From Camelus dromedarius (lineage: Eukaryota), in the NCBI RefSeq assembly GCF_036321535.1, contig NC_087437.1, positions 78,494,001 through 78,558,000 of the forward strand: a stretch of DNA of 64,000 bases, in the 5' to 3' direction. Shown here in pieces: positions 39,426 through 52,229 of the stretch. The notes beneath the pieces were generated by a model. It did no database searches. It was not told the origin of the DNA and saw only the letters and a program-made list of their open reading frames with translations. How positions within the stretch are numbered: the first letter of the stretch is position 1; every line of letters begins with the position of its first letter. The translations under genes were made by a program, and so were the position numbers.

Positions 39426-39512
39426 TGTGTGTGTGTATATATATTTATGTATATATATATAATATATGTGTGTGTGTGTGTATATATATATATATACACA
39501 CACACAAACACA
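39426..39512. repeat. compound (TG)n/(TA)n/(CA)n microsatellite
   Basis: Read directly from the sequence. Confidence 0.95.
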
Positions 39513-40534
39513 GATATTGCTTTTTCTGTAGTGTGTCTTTGTGATTCAGGCAGAATAAATAAGAAAGTTACTCACACTGAGTTCCAGTGGTAGCACAGAT
39601 TAGAAAGTTTCATTTCTTGTAATTAAGGGAAATAACAATCTAGTTTGTTTAACAATCTGAGTGTTAGGGGAGTTTGATAAAGAGGTTAAGTTTCCCTAAT
39701 ATTTCACTCATGAATTACAGTGATAAATATATTTGGGAGTCTAAATTCTATATAGAGCTCTTAAAACTAAGACTTTTGGCAGCTAATTGTTCTCGGAAGT
39801 GCAGGAATTCATGTGTATAACCTGTGTTCTTCTGAATTCATCTGCATTTTTTTTTCTATGATGGTGGTATGGATTAAGGTGAATCTATGATCATCTTCCT
39901 TTCCCATTACCTTTCTTTCTTTCTTCATGGATGGAGGAAGATTTACTGCCTATCAACAGTGATTTAGCTGTTTTCACAAGAACCAGACTGGTCTCTCTAG
40001 AAATCCAGAATCCAGAGAATATCCTGTGACTTAACTTAGATGAAAGAGTCATCTGGGATGAGAGAAGATGTAAGTGGATACTTTGACTAACTAGAATGGC
40101 TCCTAACTAGAATGGTTCTATATGACTCAGACAAACATGGTCATGTCCAAGATCAGTTTAAGCTTCTATCTGATTTAAGCAAAGTGATCTATGAAAATTC
40201 TTAGAGATGAATGGTTTTTATAGAAGTATGCAAATCATAAACTCATATATATGTGTGTGTATTTCATATTAAAATTAATGATTATAATGAAACTTTTTTT
40301 AATTCAACAAGTTATGATTAAAGAATATGATTTGTCTGAAAAGCATAATTCCCTATAAATCAGTTCACATAAAGAAACATTCAGGCAGCATATTTTATAA
40401 CCTTAGCTAATAATGGCCAGTTTTAGAAGAATGCACTTAAGAGTAAGTGAAAATTAAAAATTAACATGTAAATGATAAAAAACATTTTAATGACATTCTG
40501 ATTCTTGTATATAACAATTGGTAGAGATTTTGGT

Positions 40535-40620
40535 CTTTTCTTCCCCTTTCTTTCCTCCTTCCTTCCTTCCTTCCTTCATTTTTCCTTTCTTCTCTCCTCT
40601 TCCTCCTCCTCCTGCTCTTT
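40535..40620. repeat. polypyrimidine (TTCC)n/(TCC)n low-complexity tract
   Basis: Read directly from the sequence. Confidence 0.9.
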
Positions 40621-40780
40621 ATTTTATTAAAACTCCAACTATAAAAGTGATAATTAGGAAGCTCCATGAAGATATGTTCCATTTATTCTGAGATTTATTC
40701 TAAATCCCATTAATATGTAGTATTTTCACTTTGAATTAAATGAAATATAATTGCCAGAAAAAAATAATGGCCTTATGCAT

Positions 40781-42100
40781 TAGACTTGAAACAAAAATAC
40801 TAGAGAAAAATATTGGGAAAAAAACTTCTTGATGTGGATCTTGGCAATGGTTTTTTTTTTTTTTTTTTTTTTTGACATCAAAAGCAAAGGCAACATATCA
40901 AAAATAAACAAGTATGATTATATCAAACTCAGAAGCTTCTACACAACAAAGGAAACCATTGACAAAATGAAAAGGCAAACTCTGCAAAGGGAGAAAATAT
41001 TTTCTGATAAAATCTGATAAGGAGTTAATATCCAAAATATTTAAACAACTCACAATACTCAATAGCAAAAAACAAACAAACAAACAAACAAAAAAACAAA
41101 CAACAACAACAAAAAACTGATTCAAAAATGGGCAGAACACCTGAATAGAAATTTCTCAAAGAAGACATACAAAGGGCCAACAGGTATGTGAAAAATGCTC
41201 ACCATCCCTAATCATCATGGAAATGCAAATCAAAACCACAAAGAGATGTTATTTCATACCTGTTAGGATGGCTATTACCAAAAAGAACAAGTAATAACAA
41301 ATGCTGAAGAGAATGTGTAAAAATAGGAACCCTTGTATACTGTTGGTGGGAATGTAAACTTGCACAGCCACTATGGAAAACAGTATAGTTCCCTCAAAAA
41401 AAGTTAAACAATAGAACTATCATATCATCCAGCAACTCTGCTTCTGGGTATATATCCAAAGGTAATGAAATCAGGACTCAGAAAGATATCTACATTCCCA
41501 TGATCACTGCTGCATTATTCACAGTAGCCAAGATATGGGAACAACCTAACGGTCTATCATGGGTGAATGGATAAGTATGTGGTATACATATGTAATGGAC
41601 TATCATTCAGCCATGGGAAAGAAGGAACTCCTGCCAAGTGCAACAACATGAGTAAAACTTGATGGTATTATGCTAAGAAATGAAATAAGCCAGATAAAGA
41701 CAAGTACTGTACAGTATCATATGTGGAATCTTAAAAAAAAAAAAAAGGTCAAACTAATAGAAACAGAGACTAGAAAAGTGGTTGCCAGGGGCAAGGAATA
41801 GGTGAAATAAGGAGGAATTGGTAAAAAGGTATAAAATTTCAGGTATAAGATCAATAAGATCTTAGGATCTAATGTATAACATGATCACTGTAGTCGATAA
41901 CACTGTATTGTATAACTGAAATTTGTTATGAGTGTTCTCACAAAAAAAAGGTAAATATGTGAGGGGATGGATGTGTTAATTACCTAGACGGAAGGAATCT
42001 TTCTACAATATATACATATATCAACTCATCACATGTACAATTGAAACACCTAAATATTTCATGTGTCTGTTATATCTCAATTTAGCTGAAGAAAAAAAGA
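40781..42100 (+). mobile_element. 5'-truncated L1 (L1MA/MB-like): ORF2 C-terminus + 3'UTR
   Basis: GAAATGCAAATCAAAACCACAA...TGTTGGTGGGAATGTAAAC...CCACTATGGAAAACAGTAT; ends TTATATCTCAATTTAGCTGAAGAAAAAAAG. Confidence 0.95.
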
Positions 42101-43011
42101 AAATACTATTGATCAGCCCACTTTAAGAAAATTTTCCGTTGGCTTGGATAAGTCAGTCTTCAAGTGAGTTGATTAACTTTTCTGAAATATATAAAAACCA
42201 AAGGGATAAGCAAAATTAAATATAAAGTTGCTTCAAAAATTGTTTAGTTTTTATGTGACTATTAAGGTACTTGTTTATGAAGAAATGTGTTCAAGGAAGC
42301 TCTTGAAGATTTTTTACTCAAGGAATACAGGAAAGCAGACAGTTGCAATGACACTTTCGTAAGGAATATGAATATTTGCTCTGCTTGTTTAAACTCATGG
42401 GAAACAATCCAACAATTTTGAGCAGGCATCATTTCCTCAAATTCTGAGTTCTACATTTTTTGTAGGTATGCGTATGTATTCTTAGTCTCCACATAGGATA
42501 AGTAATAGTCGTTCATTTTTAAATTTTATTTTACTTATTCCTTTGCCTCCATTTAGTTCAAATACTTTCAAAAAACAAATGATATTTTATCATGTACATT
42601 CTTTAAAAAATTTGATGGTAGTGGAATTGCTATCTATTCATTTAAATGTGCATATTTTATATAAACATTGTTATTATAATTTCAAGGTGCTAAAAGTAAA
42701 TCTATAAAAGAACAATTATCATTTCTAATAAATGTCCTCTAAATGTTACAGCAAGTCAATTAAATTCACTTAAGCAAGCATTTAATGAATCTTTAATATA
42801 TATGTGGTAGGCATTGGGTTTATAAAGATAACTAAAACGTATTTTCTTTCCTATGTTCCAACCTAAAGGAGAGGCTTTGAGATGAAGGAAATCTCAAGGG
42901 GAAAATGAAGATTAAGAACATAACAACTGGCACTCCCATCAAGTGGCTCTTAGAAAAAACCTACCAACCAAGGGCTCTCTGTAAAGGCTGCTGACTTTCT
43001 ACAGATGTTGG

Positions 43012-43156
43012 CAGGACTGGATGTATAATCTGCGTGGGTAAGTGAAATATGAACATGGTGACCACTTGTTAAAAAGTTAAGAATTTCAAGATGGCAGCAG
43101 CAGAGCACTGACCAAATGTAAAGCCCTTCTAGCGCCCGTCCATAAAGCTAGCCCTG
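43012..43156 (-). mobile_element. MER45A-like hAT MITE (internally deleted)
   Basis: CAGGACTGGATGTATAAT...TTAAGAATTTCAAGATGGCAGCAGCAGAGCA...CCATAAAGCTAGCCCTG is the reverse complement of MER45A-like sequence. Confidence 0.75.
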
Positions 43157-45597
43157 AAGTTAGATTCGCTCTTGCTCAGCCTTTAGTTCCTGTTAGTATA
43201 CTTTTATTGCCTGATGCATTAATTTCATAAAAATGTTTAGGTGTCTCTGGGGCCCAAAGAGCATATATCATGACAGAATGGTTTTCTGGCAATCTTTTAG
43301 CTGTATATGGCATGCAGTAAAAATGAAAACTATAAAGAAAAAATGAAAAACCCACAGCTGCCTTCTATTATACTTTTTTGTAGGGCTTCACTGGAAATAG
43401 AGATCTAAGAATAACTGAAGTGTTTATTTTTACTTTATTATTCTTTCATTTGAAAAGGAGTAAAGTATAACATGCTAACCTATGTTAAGGAATAAAATTG
43501 AGATGCCAAAGGGGATTTCAAATATCCTTCACATATCTGTCAGTAGCAATACTAATGAGTAAAATATTATTGAAAAATGAAGCTTTTGAATTTTTTCTAC
43601 AAGTAAAAAATATTACATATGTCTATATTTTCCATAATTCAGTATAACCATCTGATTATATCATAACAGTGAAATATTGCTTTTCATACTGACCTGGAAC
43701 CAAGATTTCCTCATAGCCATTAAGGAGACAGAGAACCGATTTCCTGACCTGATGATATGTGATTACATATTTATGTATCTACATATGTATACTTAGGGAT
43801 ATTTCAGATACATATTTCATTATAGGACATTAAAATATACAAGTTGATATGCCCTGTTGGTTTTAAGATTTAGGAATGACCATGAAATTTACAAAAAGTG
43901 AAATCATTTAATAATAAACATACAATTGAAATGCTGTTTGGCATCAATTTTGATGATATGTATCATCTCACAATGAGAAAGTTTCTTAGATTTTAGTAAG
44001 TAAGAAGTTGATATTTAGTTACTAATAATTTTTGAATTTAAAGGAGTGCTTATAGAAATCATTTTATATAAGTTGTATTTAAAGGTTAATGACTTGTGAA
44101 GTCATAAAATTCATTCATAAATTTGTATGTATTTGACTTTAAGTAGATGCATCTATAACTGGAAATATATGTGTATAAAATAACAATTAATAAATATATT
44201 TTATCATAGTTTTAGGCTGCATATCTTATTTAATTACTGGAACAGATAATGATTCCACCTCAATGTCAGAAATGTACTGCAAAGCACAATAAAGTGTAAT
44301 ACATATTGCAGATAAATTTCCTCCATATTGAATATGTTAAGATTTATTGTGATCTATTCCCGAGATCTATTGGGAGTTGCATAATATAAATAGACAATTT
44401 ATGGCTGGGAGTTAAAATGTGAATTAAAAATACCATTATCTAACAATGTAATTTGAAATTTGGCATCTTATTTATATACACATACGGTCACTCATGTGCA
44501 TACCAAATCTGATAAACGCTAAACTGTCATTTGTTTTCATTTTGTTTACAGAGAATAAACTATCTCTTCATATATAATAAAAAACAATTGGATTTTTGCA
44601 AGTTTCTTTAAGTCACTGACCCATTCTATTCCTCTTTACCTGGTTCTTATCTGAGGGCAATTTGTTTCATAATCTCTACCGCTAGAGAAACAAGATGAAA
44701 AAAATGAATGAAGGAATAGCACTTACTAATAAGCATTTTATGACACTACTGTAGGGCTAAGTGGCAGCTCTGATGAGCACTTTTCTCCATCTACTGATTT
44801 AGCAGGAGAGTGAAGATGAGGCATTGGGACAATGGCAAAATGAGTCAGCTATGACTTTTGTTAAGGTGATATCTTGTATCTTGGTGTACATAATTAAGCA
44901 TAATGTCAGTGAAGAGAGTTTATGGAAAAATTGTGCTACTGAAATCAAATATTGGCCAAACAACTCACAAACACAATAAATGCTGCCCCATTTTATTTTG
45001 AGCCCAAGTTTATTACATTTATGACATGTTTTGAAATATAATTATATTTCACTAATTAAAAAAACAAGCCTTTCAAAATAGAAAATGTGTTATTCTATTT
45101 AAAAAGAAAATTTCTAGGAATAAATTGACTGTGAAAATATCTACTTTATGCTTTAAAATGAGTGTGTTTACAGCATGCTGGTATTAAATTTTATAACTAT
45201 CCTGTCTCCTAACTTTTTTTGCATTTCACAGGCATAATATTTTATATTTGGAGGTTTCCTTTCAATTATTTGTAGTGCTAACTATATGCAAAATTAAAAT
45301 ATGAATAACTTTATTTAGGTTACAGAAAAATCTTATGTATTTAACTTTTTTAAAAGTATGGTATGATTTTTTTGTATTCCAAAATAATTTAAAATTTGTC
45401 AACTTATAATCTTATTATATTGCTTTTAATATTCTTTACACATAAAATAACGTAGATATGTATACTCACACACACACACACACACACATACAGACACACA
45501 TGGTCTCCTTTCAAGGCCACCCTACATATAATGACCATGTAGAGTCCATTTTTTTTTTAACAAATAAGATTATGGGGAGGCAAATTACTATAGTAGG

Positions 45598-46750
45598 TGT
45601 AGTGGCATTCTTAATTCTTCTCTGCTCAAAAAGTGAATATACTGTGATTGCTGAGAGAATCCCTAATAAGAGACAGTAATTATCTCCCATTATGGAAGCT
45701 GAAAATATAAGATTTAATTTTTTTCTTTATTCTTGCAGGTAGAAAATGAGTGTATATTGTAGGCTTCTCAATCAGATGGCCCACCCCAGGAACTGAAATC
45801 CAAGATCATGAAGATCCATTTAGGCAATGGGTAGCAGCAGGGCTTCCATATACAATCAATTTCAGAGGCACCAGTGACATTGTTTCTAGGGGCAGCTTCT
45901 AGTGCTAATGTGAGTGATATCAGCAAGGCAAGTTATAGTAACTCTCCCCAGGTGCACTGGCAGAAAGATCTTCACTGAACAAATCTGCATGATTTTGGGC
46001 ATAGCTCCTGGTGGCACAGCTTCCAAGCCTGGTTTTCTAGTCTTTTAAGAAATTAACTGGCTTTATCACTATCATTTTAACAAACCAAATCTTGCTTGCA
46101 ACTGAGTTGATTTCATTTGCTTTTAAATGAAGAAACTTCACTGATTCGAAAATTGATACCAGTATGGTTATGACAACAGGCCATCAGGGATTGGAGGGAA
46201 CTTCCACTTGTTTAGAGATAAAGAGAGTAAGTAAACAACTAGTATTAAGGGCTGAAACTCTGAACTTGGAATAATATAAAAGTCATATGTAAGGACTATG
46301 GCTCCTTCTAATGATACTGGGCAACTTAAGACAGAGGAAGAGAGATGTAGTTTACAAATTATTGCATGAAACAGAACTCAGAAACTTTATTGTGTGGAAA
46401 ACATGATCTCATTTTTTGCAACTCTAAGGCTCAAATAGTTTCAAAAACAAAAAAACATTTTTATCATGGTTGGCAGGATCACAGTGGCATCTCCCCCAAA
46501 CTCGTCCTTAAAAACGAGGGTTCAACTTGACTAGCAGAAGAAAAATTTCACAAATAATATCTTCAGTGAAAATTATGAAACAAAGTATCTCCATGAACTC
46601 AGGATGTGGAGAGAAAGGGGGTATACAGCCAAACCACCAACAGCAAGACCAGCACAAAAAAGGGGAAGAAAAGAGCAGTTTGTCAGCAGGAGTAGCAGGA
46701 ATGAAAGAGGAGCTGATTTGCTCTCTCGCCTTGGACTTCTAAAACTGCCA
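45598..46750 (+). mobile_element. old ERVL/MaLR-class LTR (~45598-46147) followed by degenerate internal sequence
   Basis: TG start, ATGGAAGCTGAAAAT motif, LTR-end-like TTTCATTTGCTTTTAAATGAAGAAACTTCACTGATTC then GAAAATTGATACCAG, typical of the ERVL/MaLR internal start. Confidence 0.5.
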
Positions 46751-46757
46751 AAGAGAC

Positions 46758-46792
46758 TAAAATAAAATAAAATAAAATAAAATAAAATAAAA
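46758..46792. repeat. (TAAAA)n pentanucleotide repeat
   Basis: Read directly from the sequence. Confidence 0.9.
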
Positions 46793-47449
46793 CCCCAAAT
46801 GGAGAAAAAATTAACTTCAAGTAGAAACCTAGTTGAGTGAATCCAGGGCATCAGACAAACCTGTGCTGCTTTCTCATGAGCACTAAGTTGCAAGTAAGGA
46901 AAAATAAATTTAAAAAGTCTTAACTGTTTAACATATGAAGATCAAATAGTGCTGTTTTTCAGAAATATAAAAAAAAATATAAACAAACAAACTACCTCTC
47001 TTGGGGACTGAGCTTAATTTGGAGGGGAAATTGAAAGAGGAAGCAAGTTGAGGAGAGCAAAAACACAGTAAGTAGTAGAGAGAAAGTTCAGATTTTAAGG
47101 TATGAGGAGCTAAAGAGAGCAAAAGCCCAGAAAAAAACTATGACAGTAAAATAAAACATCCAAAAATGGGAGAATTGGTTTGGAAAATAAGTCCTGAATG
47201 ACTCTAGGAAACACAGATCTGGAGGCTGGGAAACACAGTTATGAATCTGACTTAGCCGTGAGACAAAGGAAAGGTCACAGAAAGATTTCATGTTTTGACC
47301 TCTTCACTGTAACAACCTGAAGAAAATATAATTCTGGAAAGTTGAAAAAGCTACTCTGGCCCATTCCTACTCCCTGCAGAGGAACCCTTTCCTATAGGTT
47401 CTCCTTCTAGAGAAAACAATATCAAACAAGATAAAAGAGCATTAAATGG

Positions 47450-48175
47450 AACAGAAATATTAAATATGACAAATAAATCATTATAATACTAAAGGTTATA
47501 ATTCCCAATGGAATATAATAATTATCAATATCAGTGTCCCAAATAAACTAGCAATATTTTTTGAGATAGAGAGTCGTAAACCTAAGAATGTATATAACCT
47601 ATTTTAAGGAATACTTTTTATAAAACTTTAGAAAGAAAAAAATGTAAAATTGAACAAATGATAAAACTTAGTATGTTTGTAGTCAGATTCAACAATGCAA
47701 ATGTGTCAATTCTTTTAATTTAATTTACAAATTCATCATGATCTCTGTAAAAACTCCTGAAAGAAGTACAATGTAGGAGAGTTAGTCCTGACAGATATTA
47801 TATAATAAAATCTCTATAATTAAAATAGTATAGTTTTGCTGCATGAAGAGACAAACCAGAGAAACAGAATTGTGTGCCTACAAATAGATTCAAGTCATTT
47901 TAGAAATTTATTAAATAATCGGCCGCCTCTCTCTCTCTCCCCCTCTTTGGAGATGGCCCACATTCTGTCTATGGAAAGTGTACCTACTTTTAATCTGAGC
48001 ACCCAACCCCCACACCTTGTGGCCTTTCTCTTGCCATTCAGTGTATCTCTCTGAATAAATCTACTTTCACTCAAAAAAAAAAAATTTATTAAATAATCAA
48101 GTTGAGTATCTTACATAAGTACAAAATTTTGCTTTTTAATAAATGTGAGCTATTCAGCTAGATAGCCATTTTAAA
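47450..48175 (+). mobile_element. ancient L1 ORF2 fragments hosting a later insertion
   Basis: GATTCAACAATGCAAATGTGTCAATTC...AATTAAAATAGTATAG...ACAAACCAGAGAAACAGAAT...AATAAATGTG...GATAGCCAT. Confidence 0.65.
47921..48081 (+). mobile_element. polyadenylated LTR (ERV1-like R region) retrocopy with 17-bp TSD
   Basis: AAATTTATTAAATAATC at 47904-47920 and 48082-48098; AATAAA at 48054-48059; poly(A) from 48073; body CCCACATTCTGTCTATGGA...TGTATCTCTCTGAATAAATCTACTTTCACT resembles ERV1 LTR R sequence. Confidence 0.75.
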
Positions 48176-48229
48176 TTAGAAAATCAAAAGAAAATATTCT
48201 AGTTCAAAAAAGAGCCCCAATAGATTGAC

Positions 48230-51200
48230 TCAATTAGAAAATTTTAAGAAAGAAGTGCATACAAGTGAACATAGAAAAATTTAGAACTGTCTCCTTAACA
48301 GCCAATGGACCAAAGAAGAAATCAAAAGGGAAGTTAAAAATTATATATATATATATATCTTGAAACAAACAAAAATGAAAACACAGCATACCAAAACTTA
48401 TAAGACAAAACAAAAGTAACTTTAACATGGGAATTTAAAGTTATTAATGCCTACATTAAAGAAAAGAGAAAGATCTAAGATAAGCAACTTAACTTTAACC
48501 TCAAGTAACTAGAAAAAAGAACAGACTAAACTCAAAGTTAGCAAAATGAAGGACATAAAAGGAATCAGAGAAGAAATAATGAAAGAGACCAGAGAAACAA
48601 TGAAAAAAGCCAACAAAACTAAGAGCTGATTTTTTTGAATGCATAATAAACAAAATTGACAAAGCTTTAGCTATACTGAGGTAAAAAGAGAGAAGACTCA
48701 AGTAAATAAAATCAGAAAGTGGGGAGATTAAAATTGATACCACAGAAATACAAAAGAAAATAAGAGACTACTATGAAAATTTATATGCCAACAAGTTGAA
48801 TAAACTATAAGAAATGGATAAATTCCTAGAAGTACACAACCTACTGAGACTGAATCATGAAGAAATAAAATATCTGAACAGACTATTAGTGAATAAAAAG
48901 ATTGAATCAGTAATAAAAAAAACTATCTAATAAAAAAGCCCAGTTCCAGATGGTTTCACTGATGAATTGTACCAAAAATTTAAATAAGAATTAATACCAA
49001 TTCTTCTCACAGTTTTCTACAAATTAAAGAAGGAAAACTCCCAAACTGATTTTATGAGGCCAGCATTATCCTGATACCAACACCAGATAAGGACAGCACA
49101 AGAAAAGAAAACTGCAGGCCAATATTCTTTATAAATATAGATGCAACCTACGGTTCTATTCAATTTCTTGCAATAACATATATGGAAAAGAATCCGAAAA
49201 AAAAAGTATGTATATGTATATCTGAATCATTTTGCCTTACACCTGAAACTAACATTGTAGATCAACTACACTTCAATAAAAAAATTAAAAAGTATATACA
49301 TAGATGCAAAAATTCTTAACAAAGTTTAGCAAACCATATTCAATAGCATATTAAAAGCATCATACACCATGATCAAGAGGCAAGGATAATTCAACATATG
49401 AAAATCAATAAATGTGTTTTACCACATTAATGGAATGAAAGACAAAAATCATATGATTATCTCAATAGATGCAGAAAAAGCATTTGACAAAATTCAAACT
49501 CCTTTCATGATAAAAAGAAAACTCTCAACAAACTGGATATAAAAGAAAAGTACCTCAACATAATAAAGACCATATATGACCAACCCACAACTAACATCAT
49601 AGTCAATGATGAATGTTTAAAATCTTTTGCTTCATGATCAGAAAGAAGACATTAGTACCAGTCTCATCGTTTTTGTTCAATATGGTGCTGGAAGCCCTAG
49701 CCAAAGTAATTAGGCAAGTAAAACAAATGAAAGAAAAATCATAAAGGAAGAAATAAAATTGTCTCTTTTTGCAAATGATATGATCTTATATAGAGAAAAT
49801 CCTAAATACTCCACAAAACGGCTGTTAGAAGTAAAAATAAATTTTAAAAATTTGCAGGATATAACATCAACATACAGAAATTGGTTGCATTTTTATACAC
49901 TAACAATGAAATATCTGAAAAAGAAATAAAGAAAACAATCCAATTCACAGTAGCATCTAAAACAATAAAATACTTAGGAATAAATTTAACCAAGGCAATG
50001 AAAATCGTAAGACATTGATGAAAGAAGCTGAAGAACACACAAATAAACAGAAGGACACTCTGTGTTCATAGATCAGTTGAATTAACATTGTTAAAACGTC
50101 CATACTACCCAAAGCCAATGATTCAACGCAATCATTATCAAACTTGCAATGACATTTGTTACAGAAATAGAAAAAACAGTTCTAAAATTTGTATGACACC
50201 AAAAAAGACCCTTAATAACCAAATCAATTGTGAGAAAGAAGAATACAACTGGAGGCATCACAATTCCTGATTTCAAACTATATTACAAAGCTATAGCAAT
50301 CAAAGCAATATGGTGCTGGCATAAAAACAGGCACACAGACAGACCAAAAAGAACAGAATTGAGAGCCAAGACTGAAACTCATGTTTATACAGTCAACTAA
50401 TATTTGACAAGAAAGCCAAGAATTCTCAATGGGGAAAGGATAGTCTCTTCAATGAATGGTATTGGGAAAACTGGATTTTCATATACAAAATAATAAAATT
50501 GGAATTCTATATTATACTACTCACAAGAATGAACTTGCAGTGTATTAAAAATTTAAACATAAGACATGAAACCACAAAATTCCTAGAGAAAATATTGGGA
50601 AAAACCTCTTTACGTAGGTCTTGGCAACAATTTTTTTGTATATGACCCCAAAAATACAAGCAACAAAATAAAAAATAAACAAGTGGGGCTCTATCAAGCT
50701 AAAAAGCTTCTGCAACAGTAAAGGAAACAATCAACAAACTGAAAAGACAACCAATGGAATGGGAGAAAATATTGGCAAATCATCTGTCTGATAAGGTGTT
50801 ATCTTCAAAAATATACAAGAAACTCATACAACTAATAGCAAAATAAACACTCTGATTTTAAAATGGACAAAAGACATGAATAGATATTTTCCCCAAAGAA
50901 GACATGCAGATGGCCAACAGGTACATAAAATGATGCTGAACATTACAAATCATCAGGGAAATGCAAATCAAAACCACAATGAGCTATCACATTACACCTG
51001 TTAGAATGCCTATTATCAAAAAGACAAGAGAAAACAAACGCTGATGAGAGTGTGGAGAAAAGGGAACATTGTGTACTGTTGATGGGAATAAAAATCTGTG
51101 CAGCCACTATGTAAAACAGTATGGAAATTCCTCAAAAAATTAAAAACAGAATTATCATATGATCCAGCAATCCTTTGGTATATATCCAAAGGAAATGAAA

Positions 51201-51870
51201 ACAGGACATTGAAGAGATATTTGTACTCCCATGCTAGTTGCAGCATCATTCACAATAGTCAAAATATGGAAACAACCTAAGTGTCCATCTACAGATGAAT
51301 GGACAAATACAATGTGATACATTTAAGCTATATATATTATACATACATATACATAATATATAAATTTTGTTTGGTCTTTGGTCTGAGAAAGATGGAAATC
51401 CCAGCATTTGCAATTTGTGATAACATGGATAGAGATGGACCTTAAGGACCTTATACTATGTGAAATAAATCTGACAGAGAAGGCCAAATATGGAATGATC
51501 TCACTTATATATAGAATCTGAAAACATTAAACTCATGGAAACAGAGAGTAGAATGGTGGTTGCCAGTGGCTGAGGGGGCAAGGAATAGAGAGATGTTGGT
51601 CAGAGGGTATAAACTTCCAGTTAAAGATGAGTAAGTTCTGGGGATCTAATGTAAAGTATGGTGAATATAGCTAACAATATCATACGGTGTACTTGAAAGT
51701 TGCTGTGAGAGTAGATCTTAAATGTTCTCATAACAAAAATAAAATGGAAATTATATGAGGTGGTGAAGATTTTTTGGTGATCAAATCATCATTTCATACA
51801 ACTTAAACTTACACAATATTAAATGTCAATTATATTTCAGTAAATCTGGAAGAAAATAAAAATAAAAATT
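48230..51870 (+). mobile_element. 5'-truncated L1 (L1MA-like), ~3.6 kb of degenerate ORF2 + 3'UTR
   Basis: ATCTCAATAGATGCAGAAAAAGCATTTGACAAAATTCA ([12 protein letters not shown]), TTTGCAAATGATATGATC (FADD-like), ORF2 C-terminus, end TGTCAATTATATTTCAGTAAATCTGGAAGAAAATAAAA; many frameshifts and stops. Confidence 0.95.
49147..49295 (+). mobile_element. short younger L1 3' end nested in the older L1
   Basis: CTATTCAATTTCTTGCAATAAC...ACACCTGAAACTAACATTGTAGATCAACTACACTTCAATAAAAAAA; ATAGATGCAA duplicated at 49137-49146 and 49300-49309. Confidence 0.85.
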
Positions 51871-52229
51871 TTATACTAAATTGAACACTGAAAAATAAAA
51901 TGGGAAACATTGCTTTCATAATGTTGAAAAATTATAATCTTTAAAGATTAAACTTAATCAGAGCCTAGGACCTGTAAAACACTATTCTTCATAGGTGAAT
52001 AGTGCATACTATGTTTACCATTTTCTTAGATGTGAAAATAATATTATTGTACAGTGATTCAACTACATTTTATATATTTTACACATTTAAAACAATTCTA
52101 ATTAAAATATCCTTTATCTTAAACAGAATTCATTCTTCTTAAAAGTGATGTCAAAGGATAAATGCTGGTGAAGAGTTAAGAAATATGTGAAGAAATAGAA
52201 TGATGAATGGTTAGTGTCCTTTTCAGTTA

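Noticed and set aside
40851..40873. Poly(T) inside a + strand L1 as a separate antisense insertion
   Set aside because: No TSD; it sits at a T-rich L1 position, so homopolymer expansion is the simpler explanation
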